Of a stretch of DNA of 22,387 bases, positions 9,794 to 19,536 are shown in pieces. The DNA lies in NCBI GenBank assembly GCA_046483985.1, contig JAWOCD010000025.1, positions 1 to 22,387 on the forward strand, written 5' to 3'. The number at the start of each line of letters is the position of its first letter. Positions within the stretch are counted from its first letter, which is position 1. Source of the DNA: Promethearchaeia archaeon. Its GTDB lineage: Archaea > Asgardarchaeota > Lokiarchaeia > Sigyniarchaeales > SOKP01. The notes beneath the pieces are model-generated. The model was not told the origin of the DNA and searched no databases. It saw nothing but the letters and a program-made list of their open reading frames with translations. The position numbers and the translations under genes are program-made.

Positions 9794-10396
9794 TTTTTTT
9801 TATTTTTTTTATCATATAAATTAATTTTCATAAGATATTTATTCAAATACTATATTTAATGTATTTCAGTTATTGCAAGACGCTCAAGTCATCAAATTTT
9901 TTTAGACCCTCATTTGAGGAGAGTATTTAAAAGAAAATTGCTAGGATGGCAAGGAGTTGATAATCCTCAATCTCATGGACTATTTGACATCGTAGAAGCG
10001 GACAGTCTTTAAATAAAATGGGGTACGACCCAGAGAATCTGTCTATTGTTCTCCAATAACAATTCTCAAATACAAGAAGAATTATGAACATAATGGCTCC
10101 CCAAGGGTTTATTAGAGAAATAGTTGTGCAATAATTAATTCAATTGTTGCTTCTTTGGGAGCCTATCGAATTTTTTCTTGCTACCATTATTCATAATCTC
10201 AAAGAGAAGAGAAAGCTAAACACATAACTTGTAGGAAAAAACTAAGATAATCCGAAGCAATGATTTTTATTGCAAGGAATTTTTTTTTCATTTTTAATAA
10301 ATTTAAAAATCAAATAACTCCTCTTTTTTAAAATGTTTCTTTCCTTTCAATATCTAATGCGAAAATTTAGCATTTCTATAAATTTTTTGTTTTATT

Positions 10397-11398
10397 ATGA
10401 TTTTGCGTCAAGTTGTTTGGGAAGATCAAAACGATTTGGTTCTGGGATTTATAAAGCAGTCTGAGGAAGACAAGGATCTAGACGACCCAGACAATATTAA
10501 GCGACTTAATTTGAGATATGAAATTTCTAAACGAAATAGTCCAGCGGGAAATCGAAACGCATATCCCGTTTTGGTTTCTGTGAAGGATTTTCACATAATT
10601 CAACAAGCAATGGCATTTTCTATTAGTTTAGATAGAATTATTGATCCCAAAGATCTCCAGATCTTTTTTTCTAAATTAACCATAATATTTCATTCTGGAA
10701 AAAGAAAAGAGATTTTCATTAATAAAAGATATCGAATGTCAGACATTGAGACAGATGAGGACTTTTTTACTGAGTTTTACACCGCACAAGAAGAGGAATT
10801 AGAGAATTTCTTTTCGAATTCCATTACTCATGAAGAAGTCTACGAGGAAATTGAAACCGATGTTCAAAACGATCAAAAAAGAAAACGCGTAATTTATAAA
10901 AGAAATCAAACCCGAGTTTCGAGTTCTCACAATAATCAACAAATGACCGAACTGTTGCGGAAAAACAATCAGCGATTACAAAATGTCGAAAAAGCGTTAA
11001 ATAGTCTTACAAAAACGCTTCAAAATCTTGATGGACTAAATCTGAATACGGATAATTCTCTTAGATCATCGCCGCTTCCTCCTCCTCCTCCTTCTTCTGG
11101 GGAAATAAAAAAACCAAAAAATAAAACATCTTCCAAAAATACTATTTCTAGCTTTTCAAAGCGGAAAAAAAAATCAATAACCCCAAAAGGATCGAAAATG
11201 GCCTTTTTAGGAGAATTGAAGGAAGTGCTCAGTTCGAGCAAGAAAAAATCGGGGAGATTCAATTTTCATGATGTGCTCAAGCCGATGAGTGATGACGAGC
11301 TAAATGACGTTACTTTAAAAGAGGAAGAACTAGAAAAGAGAGAAAATGATTATGTGTCACGAAATATCATTAAGCAAGAACAAACAGAAGAGGAATAG
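10397..11398 (+). CDS. Hypothetical protein: globular N-domain, coiled coil, polyproline, WH2-like helix+LKP, acidic tail
   Basis: 333-aa ORF with heptad stretch LLRKNNQRLQNVEKALNSLTKTLQNL, PLPPPPP, and KMAFLGELKEVL...VLKPM. Confidence 0.75.
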   Translation: MILRQVVWEDQNDLVLGFIKQSEEDKDLDDPDNIKRLNLRYEISKRNSPAGNRNAYPVLVSVKDFHIIQQAMAFSISLDRIIDPKDLQIFFSKLTIIFHSGKRKEIFINKRYRMSDIETDEDFFTEFYTAQEEELENFFSNSITHEEVYEEIETDVQNDQKRKRVIYKRNQTRVSSSHNNQQMTELLRKNNQRLQNVEKALNSLTKTLQNLDGLNLNTDNSLRSSPLPPPPPSSGEIKKPKNKTSSKNTISSFSKRKKKSITPKGSKMAFLGELKEVLSSSKKKSGRFNFHDVLKPMSDDELNDVTLKEEELEKRENDYVSRNIIKQEQTEEE

Positions 11399-11417
11399 TT
11401 TTTATTCTTTACTTTAT

Positions 11418-12311
11418 TTATGAAATTAGTCTATTTACTAACCATTCTTTATAGGCATTTAGATCTTTCCACGATGTTGCACATCGTATATTTTTCCCAT
11501 TCTCATCAATTATCATCAGTCCTTTATGATTGATTTTAATCCTGAGTTCTTCTATATTTAGATATTTCTCTGAGAGTGCTAAATAGGCTGCCACGGTATC
11601 GAAAAGGACAGGTGTTTTACCTTTCGAAACTTTTCGTTTTCCTGGATCCCCATGTTCCAACCAAAAATGATAGGTATCCAATAAGGTATTAACTATAGGA
11701 TCTTGAGCATTCTTTAAGGTTCTTAAATAATCTCCCGAAAGCGTTACAATTCCACAAGTGTCTAATGGAGTGATGGTCATATTCCAATCCGCTTGAAAGA
11801 CTTGTTGAGCCGCTGGTAGGTCTGCGATAATATTATACTCTGCGCTTGACTGGGAAACCCCCTCATATCCGCGATAAATGCTTCCCTGCATTCCAATGAA
11901 TTCCACTTTTTCAACAATCTTAGGTTCTTTATTGATTGCTGCTGCAATGTTAGTAAGGGGCCCAATTGCAATGATGGTTATTTTTCCCTCTGCATTCAGA
12001 ATGGTTTCGATTAATTTCTCAACGCCATTATCGTAAATACTTCCGGGGTATTGGGAGATATTAAATTGCTTAATCCAATCCCTTTGAGTAGTATACCATT
12101 TACCTTTTTGCTGATCTCCAGTAGCAATGGGAATATCAGTTCTATTGGCCAAAGTGAGATATTTTGCACAGATTTTTGCTCGATAGTTAGTATCGCCCGA
12201 TACAGTGGTGATTAGTTTTAAATCTATCTCGGGCGATTTTAACAGGATAGCCATAGCCCACGAATCGTCGAAATCCATTCCCAGATCAGTATCTAATATA
12301 ACTTTTCTCAT
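11418..12311 (-). CDS. Inosine/uridine-preferring nucleoside hydrolase family protein
   Basis: ILDTDLGMDFDD Asp box, ITTVSG, AIGPLTNIA, AEYNI..D..AA. Confidence 0.9.
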   Translation of the reverse strand: MRKVILDTDLGMDFDDSWAMAILLKSPEIDLKLITTVSGDTNYRAKICAKYLTLANRTDIPIATGDQQKGKWYTTQRDWIKQFNISQYPGSIYDNGVEKLIETILNAEGKITIIAIGPLTNIAAAINKEPKIVEKVEFIGMQGSIYRGYEGVSQSSAEYNIIADLPAAQQVFQADWNMTITPLDTCGIVTLSGDYLRTLKNAQDPIVNTLLDTYHFWLEHGDPGKRKVSKGKTPVLFDTVAAYLALSEKYLNIEELRIKINHKGLMIIDENGKNIRCATSWKDLNAYKEWLVNRLIS

Positions 12312-12512
12312 CGCTTTGTAATGTAGTACTGGAGAATTTTTATAAATTCCGATCTAAATTCTATATTAACTAATTATAAGGTTTTCTTATAATGAAATGA
12401 AGAGATAATTATGAAGATGAGTATAAGAATAAGAATCCTTTAGAAATTGATAACATCGCTAAAATTTTAGCAAAATAAGAAAAAGAAAAAAATGGAAAAT
12501 GAAAATACAAAT

Positions 12513-14387
12513 TTAATTTTTAAGCTTTTTATAGGCAAAATAGATTATGCCAGATGCCACTATAAGGGTCACCAATGAGATCCCCATACTACTTGGGATT
12601 CCTTCCAGTTGTTTGTTATTATTTTCGTCATCTGAAGTATCATCGTGATCTTCGGCTTCCGATACTTCAACAACGGTAAATTGCACAGAGTCAGAAGCGG
12701 TATTACCCGATTCATCTTCAACGGTAATTTCGTAGGTGTAGTCCCCTTTCTGTTTTCCGTCGGGAATGTCATAAGTGATATTTTCACTATCCCAAGTTGC
12801 ATCGGAAACTACTGCCGATCCGTCCTCGGTGATCGAATAGTTACTCGGATAATCGTCGGTGGCCGTCCATGTGATGGATTGATCTGTGTAACCTTCGGAA
12901 ACGGAAATGTTGTCGGGTTGATCTATGGTGGGTGAAGTCGAGTCTGAAATTTGTTCCACTTCTATATCTATAATGGCAGTCGAATACGAACCGTACATGT
13001 CATAAACTCTCGCTTCTAATTCATGATATCCCTCTGATAGACCATCTAAATTAATGTTGATGTCTTGATCATTGGTCCACGAATTGGAACTACTCCATGA
13101 GCCTTCATCTATCATATATTCATAATAATCGGGATCATCATCTTCGGCAGTTATGCTAACTTCATTACCCGATGTATCCAAATAATATGTATAAGAAGGA
13201 TCATATGAGAGGGTTGGAGCGGGATCTTCAACGATTGTGGTTGTTGCGGAATCATCATTATTATTGATAACCGTTTCACCAGAAACCGCATCGCAATATG
13301 CTTCAACCGTCACGGAACCACTGGCCGGCAATGTATAATTGGTTGATAATGTATAACTTTCCTCAGGAGCTAAATCAAAACCGGAATGAGAAGTTTCGGT
13401 GATCCCCCCGATATCGAGATAAAAATTAATATCCGAGGCAGTATCAGAGCCTATATTGGTTACCTTTGCAGAATAGGTCACAGTTGAGTGTGCTTCTCCC
13501 TCTGAGGGAGCTGTCCTAAAAGTGACGTCTAAATCGGGTCGAACAGCTGATCCTCCGTTATAAACCCAATCCACAGCACCAACAAAAAGATTTTCGGTAT
13601 CGTGAGCATCATCTTCGGGATATTGATCCCAGATTTGGACAAAACGACCTTGCTCCGGAAGATCGAACGCAGCCGCTTGTATGTTATTCGGTTGACCTGG
13701 TTGTTCTACTAGCGGATGAAAGTATTGAGCATCGGTACCTAAGTTAGCTTCCAGTTCTGTTTTCAAAAATTGAGAATTTCCACTCGTTCCTGTAATTTGT
13801 TCGTATAATGAATAGGATTCCATAACGGGATGTGCGGAATTAGTTACATTTCCTTCATCAGTAGCACTATAGTCCCATAAATCATCATAGTAATTTGACT
13901 CATGAATCTCCCCGGTTATTAAACCTTCATAAAAGAGCACAACAACTGAGCTATCAAGAGAAACAATATGTCCGTTATAATCTCGGCTCCAATTGCCAAT
14001 TCCGGCTGCAGCGGTATCTGTAGGTCCATTATCGGGTAGAACTAACACATCAATTCCCATATCATAAAGACTGGTTCCGTCTGTTATATCATCATTTGTA
14101 ATAATTGTAGTAGAATAGCCGCGATCGTCTAATACTTGCTGAACTCTCTCATAGGGATTACTATTACCTCCGTACCAACCAGAATAACTGTCCCCTTCTT
14201 CTGAATTCAAAATCGCCACTTCAATATCAGTGGCACTAGAATTAGGGGATTGAGCTTGATAGAGATGTGAGGGATTCGTCTCATTAGTTTCAAGAGTATT
14301 ACCAATAAATAATAAGAACGTAGCACCCAGTAAAAAGCAAAAGATTAGGGCAAAAAGCACGCCTTTTCTATATGTTTTTTCTTTCAT
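12513..14387 (-). CDS. Large acidic cell-surface protein (signal/TM, GATase-like alpha/beta domain, CARDB and Ig-like domains, C-terminal TM anchor)
   Basis: N-terminal hydrophobic segment after basic residues; DVLVLPD; CARDB-like VTNIG...LAPEES...E..INNN; beta-rich repeats; N-X-S/T sequons; GIPS + TM + KKLKN tail. Confidence 0.8.
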   Translation of the reverse strand: MKEKTYRKGVLFALIFCFLLGATFLLFIGNTLETNETNPSHLYQAQSPNSSATDIEVAILNSEEGDSYSGWYGGNSNPYERVQQVLDDRGYSTTIITNDDITDGTSLYDMGIDVLVLPDNGPTDTAAAGIGNWSRDYNGHIVSLDSSVVVLFYEGLITGEIHESNYYDDLWDYSATDEGNVTNSAHPVMESYSLYEQITGTSGNSQFLKTELEANLGTDAQYFHPLVEQPGQPNNIQAAAFDLPEQGRFVQIWDQYPEDDAHDTENLFVGAVDWVYNGGSAVRPDLDVTFRTAPSEGEAHSTVTYSAKVTNIGSDTASDINFYLDIGGITETSHSGFDLAPEESYTLSTNYTLPASGSVTVEAYCDAVSGETVINNNDDSATTTIVEDPAPTLSYDPSYTYYLDTSGNEVSITAEDDDPDYYEYMIDEGSWSSSNSWTNDQDININLDGLSEGYHELEARVYDMYGSYSTAIIDIEVEQISDSTSPTIDQPDNISVSEGYTDQSITWTATDDYPSNYSITEDGSAVVSDATWDSENITYDIPDGKQKGDYTYEITVEDESGNTASDSVQFTVVEVSEAEDHDDTSDDENNNKQLEGIPSSMGISLVTLIVASGIIYFAYKKLKN

Positions 14388-14644
14388 TTTTTTAACCTTA
14401 TTGTTTGATTATATTATTATATAATAATATAACGAACCATTCCTATATAAATGTTTGGAATCTAAAAAATTAAAAACTCTAAAATATGAATAAGAGATTT
14501 TTTATCCCTTGAAATGCTTGATTAGTAAATATCTAACAGGGAAAATCCTTACATTGTTGAAAGAGAACAAGTGGATAAAGGTGATACGCAGTTGCCCGAA
14601 ATGTCATAAGAATTGATAATTGGATGAGGGATGGGGTTAAGTAT

Positions 14645-14693
14645 CAAAATACAAAATACAAAATACAAAATACAAAATACAAAATACAAAATA
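14645..14693 (+). repeat. Perfect heptanucleotide tandem repeat (CAAAATA)7
   Basis: Seven exact copies counted directly. Confidence 0.97.
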
Positions 14694-14797
14694 TGTCAAC
14701 TAATCTTAACTAATTAACTTAACAAATCATAAGTGGGAATATTAAATAGGATGCTGATAGTAATAGATAACAAATACTAATGTAAATGTGAAACTAA

Positions 14798-15490
14798 ATG
14801 GCATTTCTAGAGCAACAAGAAGATTTCATAATTAAAGAAATGGAAAAGCTAGATGTTCGAGTTTATGTGGATGTGTATACCGATTATAAAATTAATGATT
14901 TGGGTGAGCGAACACGTACGTGCTCCTCATGCGAATCTGCAGTTCAAATGCTTCAAAAAATGTCCGATCATTCTCACGACAAACTGATACTTAATGAAAT
15001 CTCCATAGAGAAGGACGAGAAAGTAGCTGAGAAAAATGATATAGACAAAATTCCCACTATTGTTTTAAAAAATGATGAGAAAAAGGAGGTTCTTCGTTAT
15101 ATCGCGAACCCTCGGGGAAATCAATTTCCTCCCTTTGTAAAAATCATACATTTTTTATCAGGTGTTCGCTCATACTATGAGGATACCGTCAAAGAGAGTT
15201 TGCAAGATATTCCTAAATCTACTATTGAGCAATTTGTTACACATACTTGTCCAAAATGTCCTCAAGTTGTACCCATTACGGCGGTTATTTCGATACTCTC
15301 AGAGGGGAATGTCCATTTAAAAATTATTGATGTGGACGATAATCCTGATATTGCAATGGACTATACTATCATGGAGGTCCCTCATACAATTATCAATGGT
15401 GAAAAACAGATTAGTGGGATGTTTAACATTCAAGATTTATTGGAAAAGTTAACAGAAGGAAATCGAGATCTAGGCGGTATGTATATGTAA
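14798..15490 (+). CDS. Protein disulfide oxidoreductase (two thioredoxin folds, AhpF-NTD/PDO-like)
   Basis: CSSC and CPKC motifs, cis-Pro motifs KIPT and EVPH, G.QF..F linker. Confidence 0.85.
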   Translation: MAFLEQQEDFIIKEMEKLDVRVYVDVYTDYKINDLGERTRTCSSCESAVQMLQKMSDHSHDKLILNEISIEKDEKVAEKNDIDKIPTIVLKNDEKKEVLRYIANPRGNQFPPFVKIIHFLSGVRSYYEDTVKESLQDIPKSTIEQFVTHTCPKCPQVVPITAVISILSEGNVHLKIIDVDDNPDIAMDYTIMEVPHTIINGEKQISGMFNIQDLLEKLTEGNRDLGGMYM

Positions 15491-15969
15491 ATCTTATCAA
15501 ATTCATTATGTTTTTCCGCACATATGCCATTAACTTAGACAGATAATCCATGCACATTAATTTTCTGGTAGACATTAACTTGCACATTCTGAGATGATCA
15601 AAAATTATATCGTAATCTGCATCCATTTAAGCATTCTTTCCCCTCTAACCCTAAGAAGTCCACTCGGATAAATAGTAAGAAATACATTTTCGAACTCTTT
15701 GGGTACCTTTACTCAATTCCAATAAGTTAAGATTTTGAAATTATTTAAATTTATACTAATATTTTTAATAGAATTTCATTAATCTTGGAAAATTCCTAGG
15801 ATTTTTTCAATTCTTCGAAGGTTTCTTTTCTCAAACTGAACATATTTCAGTTAAGAGACCATAATCCTAAAATTTATATACTATTTAGCAATAATTATTA
15901 TTAAATGTTCACTCAAATTTCATTTCATTGGTGAAATGTTCATAATATAATAAAATATACTGATGACTT

Positions 15970-17121
15970 ATGATTGGTTTATGGGATAAAAAAGCAGATG
16001 CCGTTGTCGATGGAGATAATCTTAGGACTATTGATCATCTTCCTGACAGTAGTTTTGTCGATTCAGAAGGATTGGCTCATTATGTCTTTAGCAAAAAAAT
16101 GTTCAAAAATCCGCGCTATCGTATTCCAGAGGATGATCTTACCTTATTTGAAAAATTCTTAGACGGAGGTTCCCGAAGTTATCCTTCTGATGGATCCATT
16201 CCATTGGATATTGTAGCTACCGAAGCACAACTCATTATCCATAAGATTATTGACATCGCATCAAACCCCAGTCATCAATATCATGAAGATGCCCAAGAAG
16301 TCTTAAAGAACGGCAAGTTTGGAATGGTGAGAGGCTGTGTAAAACTCTACTTGAAAAAATATACGACCCGGGATTGGAGGCGGAAACGCTTCACTGATGA
16401 TATCGACTTCTGGATCTATAAAGTTAAATTATATGAGCATGTGCTGAAAGAAACTGGATGGACGCGCAATAGTAAAACAAAAGAATGGGAAAAAACCCAA
16501 AAATGGGTTGATTATGATACGAGATGTATGCAAAGCGGTAAATTAATTGCAGCCAACAATCTCAATCAGCGGATGGATTTTGGAAGTGGTAGTTTTCTCG
16601 AAGGAGCAACACTGAAAAATATCTTTGATAAGAAGTTACGGAGAGGCCATGATGTTGATTTAAGTGATGTTATCAATGTGGCGATGGTACAATATAAAAA
16701 TGCAGAGAACACAACTGAAGATTGGAAAGAATCTTGGGAAGCTATTGAAGCGGTTGCCAATACCCGCAGTTCACGCACAATTTCAAACATGATTTCGCTT
16801 TGCCGTTACGCCTATGCAATTGCAGATTATATAGAACGGGTGGCGAGCGCAATTCGAAAATATAATAAGACTATCTTTGACAAGCAAAAATATCCGAATA
16901 AAGCGTTAAAACGGATATGCCGGTACTCCACGCATTGGATGGGGTATTTAATGAATAACGGAGCAGAGTCAACACGTTCAATGATCTATTCCTATCTTTT
17001 GGAACAGCAAAACTTGAAACAAAAATACGCTTCGAACTTGCGGAGATTTGCTGATGAGGTTCTTGCCTTAATTAATACCAAATTGAGCTATGCGGGGATT
17101 AAAATTAAAATTCAAGACTAA
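15970..17121 (+). CDS. Hypothetical protein with Pol-beta-like nucleotidyltransferase motif
   Basis: GMVRGCV...RKRFTDDIDFWI resembles hGG...R.T.DhD; later KKLRRGHDVDLSD resembles the K...R.KD..D helix. Confidence 0.55.
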   Translation: MIGLWDKKADAVVDGDNLRTIDHLPDSSFVDSEGLAHYVFSKKMFKNPRYRIPEDDLTLFEKFLDGGSRSYPSDGSIPLDIVATEAQLIIHKIIDIASNPSHQYHEDAQEVLKNGKFGMVRGCVKLYLKKYTTRDWRRKRFTDDIDFWIYKVKLYEHVLKETGWTRNSKTKEWEKTQKWVDYDTRCMQSGKLIAANNLNQRMDFGSGSFLEGATLKNIFDKKLRRGHDVDLSDVINVAMVQYKNAENTTEDWKESWEAIEAVANTRSSRTISNMISLCRYAYAIADYIERVASAIRKYNKTIFDKQKYPNKALKRICRYSTHWMGYLMNNGAESTRSMIYSYLLEQQNLKQKYASNLRRFADEVLALINTKLSYAGIKIKIQD

Positions 17122-17227
17122 AATCGAAACCTAAGTTATACCGATCTTTTTTCTTTCTCAATATCTCGGTTATTGAATAGAAAATAAAAAATAAAAAAGT
17201 ATCCATTAGAAAAATCATCGACTCTCA

Positions 17228-18199
17228 TTATAATAATTCAAAAAGATCTTTTGTAGTTAGATTCAAGCGCTCCTTTTTCCCGAAGACTCGAATAAACCAA
17301 TAGCAATCTGGGCAATAATATGTCACATAATCTCCATTATAATCATGCACCCGCCTTCGTGCGATTTTCTCAGCGACATCCGTTCGCAGCTGATACCCGA
17401 CTCCTCCCCCGCAACACCACATCGGAATATCCATAATTTGATACCCGGAGGATCTTAGCAAATTTTCAATATACTCATCTATCCCCTCAATTTTGTCATA
17501 TACTAAGGGACATGCGTGCTGAATGCTCACGGTCCCTTCTTTTTTTTCTCGGGCAGGTTCTAAATAGTCTGTATAATAACTAACTTTAATGCTCAAGTCA
17601 CTGTAATGCTCTTTAAACACCATATAACAGCTGGGGCATACGGTGATGATCTCTTGAAAATTATGTTCTTGAAAAATCTGCTTGTTTTTCTCTATTAATT
17701 TGGGGTGCACCTCTGTTTCTCCGGTTACAAACAAAGGATATCCGCAACAAATTTCTTCAGCAAGTACGGTAAAATCAATATCATGCTCCAACAAGTATTT
17801 TGCTGCATGTTCCCCGTATTTGGGCGTCTTTACGCTGGTAAAACAGCCAAAATATAATAAAGTCTCACTTTTTTGAGGAATACCTCCGGGTAATTGTATT
17901 CGGCTTTTGTTATCCTTATAAGGAGTACCATATTCGTCAAAAATCCTTTTTATTTTTTCTAAGTCCTTAATGGTGTTTCCATCATTAATGAATTTTTGTT
18001 TCAGTAATACTCGCTCATCTGAGGTCCCACAATCCCGACAATGAACACAATTATAAAGCGTTTTATAATCCTCTTGCTTGAAATCGATGTGATCCTTTTT
18101 TTCCAACAAATTGCGGACCTGTTCGTTGCTCAAAAAGTTTTCCGCCTCTATCACTTTCGTGGGACATTTTCTCTCCTTCTCATCTTCCCGTTTTGCCAT
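17228..18199 (-). CDS. Fe-S oxidoreductase with two CCG domains (HdrB/HdrD/GlpC-like)
   Basis: CPT...CVHCRDC; GC...ICCG...CPSC; HAC...WCCGGG...CPDC. Confidence 0.88.
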   Translation of the reverse strand: MAKREDEKERKCPTKVIEAENFLSNEQVRNLLEKKDHIDFKQEDYKTLYNCVHCRDCGTSDERVLLKQKFINDGNTIKDLEKIKRIFDEYGTPYKDNKSRIQLPGGIPQKSETLLYFGCFTSVKTPKYGEHAAKYLLEHDIDFTVLAEEICCGYPLFVTGETEVHPKLIEKNKQIFQEHNFQEIITVCPSCYMVFKEHYSDLSIKVSYYTDYLEPAREKKEGTVSIQHACPLVYDKIEGIDEYIENLLRSSGYQIMDIPMWCCGGGVGYQLRTDVAEKIARRRVHDYNGDYVTYYCPDCYWFIRVFGKKERLNLTTKDLFELL

Positions 18200-18317
18200 T
18201 TTTTGGACACTATTAAAATTTTATTCCTTTATGATGTAGTTCTTAATGTTTTTAAAAAATGAAACAAGAAAAAATCTTGGAATCCTAGACCGATTGTAGG
18301 ACTTCTCATTTATTAAA

Positions 18318-19310
18318 TTAAAGAAGCAGCTCAAATATATCTTTGAATTTCGGTTTTATGTGGGTCTTTCTTCCTAATCGAGAAAGAACCCACCAGCAGC
18401 TTACGCAATAGCTGGTCACATAATCGATTTCTTCTTTGTTGAAATCTTCCATCCGCTTTTTTGCAATCTCTTCAATTATGTCCGTTCTGTGCATGTACCC
18501 GATTCCGCCGCCACAACACCAATGCGGGACGTCTATCACATCATATCCACTATCTTGAAAGATCTTCTCCACCTTTTTATCCACGTTTTCCCGTCCACGA
18601 TTTTTTAACTGGCATAAATGCTGAAAGGCAACGGAACCCCACTTTTTTTCCGTTGCAGGTCTGAGATATTTAGTAATATATTCAAATTCTATCTCGTTAT
18701 CCATTTTCTTAGCATAATCATTCCGAAATAAGTGATAGCATGCAGGACATAGACAGATGATGCGATCATAAGCCTTGAAGATATCGATATTTTCCTCCAT
18801 ACATATATTTAGCTCACGGGTTGACCCAGACACATACCAGGGCCATCCGCAGCAGATTTCTTTATCCAAAATAGTAAAGTCCACTTCCTGCGCTAACAAA
18901 TATTGAAGTGCATGCTCGGTATAACGGGGGATACGAATGGTCGATAAACATCCCATAAAAAAGAGCGTGTCTGATTCCTCTGGAATCCCATCAGGTATTC
19001 GTATACGCATCTCATTGGTGGGGTAGGGGGTTCTATATTTTTGAAAATAATCCCTCATATCTTTCCATCCCTCAAAGGTGTATCCTTGTTCCAGATATTT
19101 TTGCTTGAGTTGAATTCTCTCTCTTTCCGTCTCGCATTCCCCACAATCTACACAATTATAAACCGCATAGAAATCGTCCTTCTCAAATTCAATCTCGCCT
19201 AAGTTTTCCATCTTTTCTTTTACTTCTTCATCATCTAAAAAATGTTCGGGGTCAACTTCCTTGGTGGGATAATTTTCTCTCCCTTCAATACGTGATTCTT
19301 TTTTCTCCAT
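18318..19310 (-). CDS. Fe-S oxidoreductase with two CCG domains (paralog of 17228..18199)
   Basis: CVDCGEC; GC...ICCG...CPAC; HLC...WCCGGG...CVSC. Confidence 0.88.
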   Translation of the reverse strand: MEKKESRIEGRENYPTKEVDPEHFLDDEEVKEKMENLGEIEFEKDDFYAVYNCVDCGECETERERIQLKQKYLEQGYTFEGWKDMRDYFQKYRTPYPTNEMRIRIPDGIPEESDTLFFMGCLSTIRIPRYTEHALQYLLAQEVDFTILDKEICCGWPWYVSGSTRELNICMEENIDIFKAYDRIICLCPACYHLFRNDYAKKMDNEIEFEYITKYLRPATEKKWGSVAFQHLCQLKNRGRENVDKKVEKIFQDSGYDVIDVPHWCCGGGIGYMHRTDIIEEIAKKRMEDFNKEEIDYVTSYCVSCWWVLSRLGRKTHIKPKFKDIFELLL

Positions 19311-19458
19311 TTTAGAGACCTATAATCATTGAATTTTATTCCTTTATTAAATATTTTTCTTTTGTAAAAATAACGCTCCCTAACTTATATTCCAATTATG
19401 ATAATCTAAAAAAGTATATTCGGCTTTGTAAAGAAGAACTTCTCTGCACGACATAAAA

Positions 19459-19504
19459 CTGAACTATCACACCCTACAATACGGTGCTTTCTCGCACTCT
19501 AACG
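19459..19504 (-). mobile_element. Minimal IS200/IS605-derived element (left end fused to right end, ~46 bp)
   Basis: TTTAC|CGTTAGAGTGCGAGAAAGCACCGT is identical to the 5' end of the 19782..20005 element; it is followed by an imperfect hairpin CACCGTA-TTG-TAGGGTG and AGTTCA, the same ending as that element. Confidence 0.6.
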
Positions 19505-19536
19505 GTAAAAATAGAGAAAAAAACAAAAAAGTTCCT

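Noticed and set aside
9916-9985. Glycine-riboswitch-like words (GGAGAG...AAGGAG...AATCTC)
   Set aside because: The CCGAAG and CTCAGG cores and the pairing are absent, and no glycine gene follows.
14486-14640. Fragment reading KCL...RSCPKCHKN
   Set aside because: Short, interrupted by stops and with no clear start; at most a decayed Zn-finger relic.
15423-15626. 67-aa minus-strand ORF with KLM repeats
   Set aside because: It overlaps the PDO 3' end, has atypical composition and no recognisable family.
17228-19310. Evidence for methanogenesis from Hdr-like genes
   Set aside because: CCG domains are widespread, and no mcr, mtr or hdrA/E genes are in the window.
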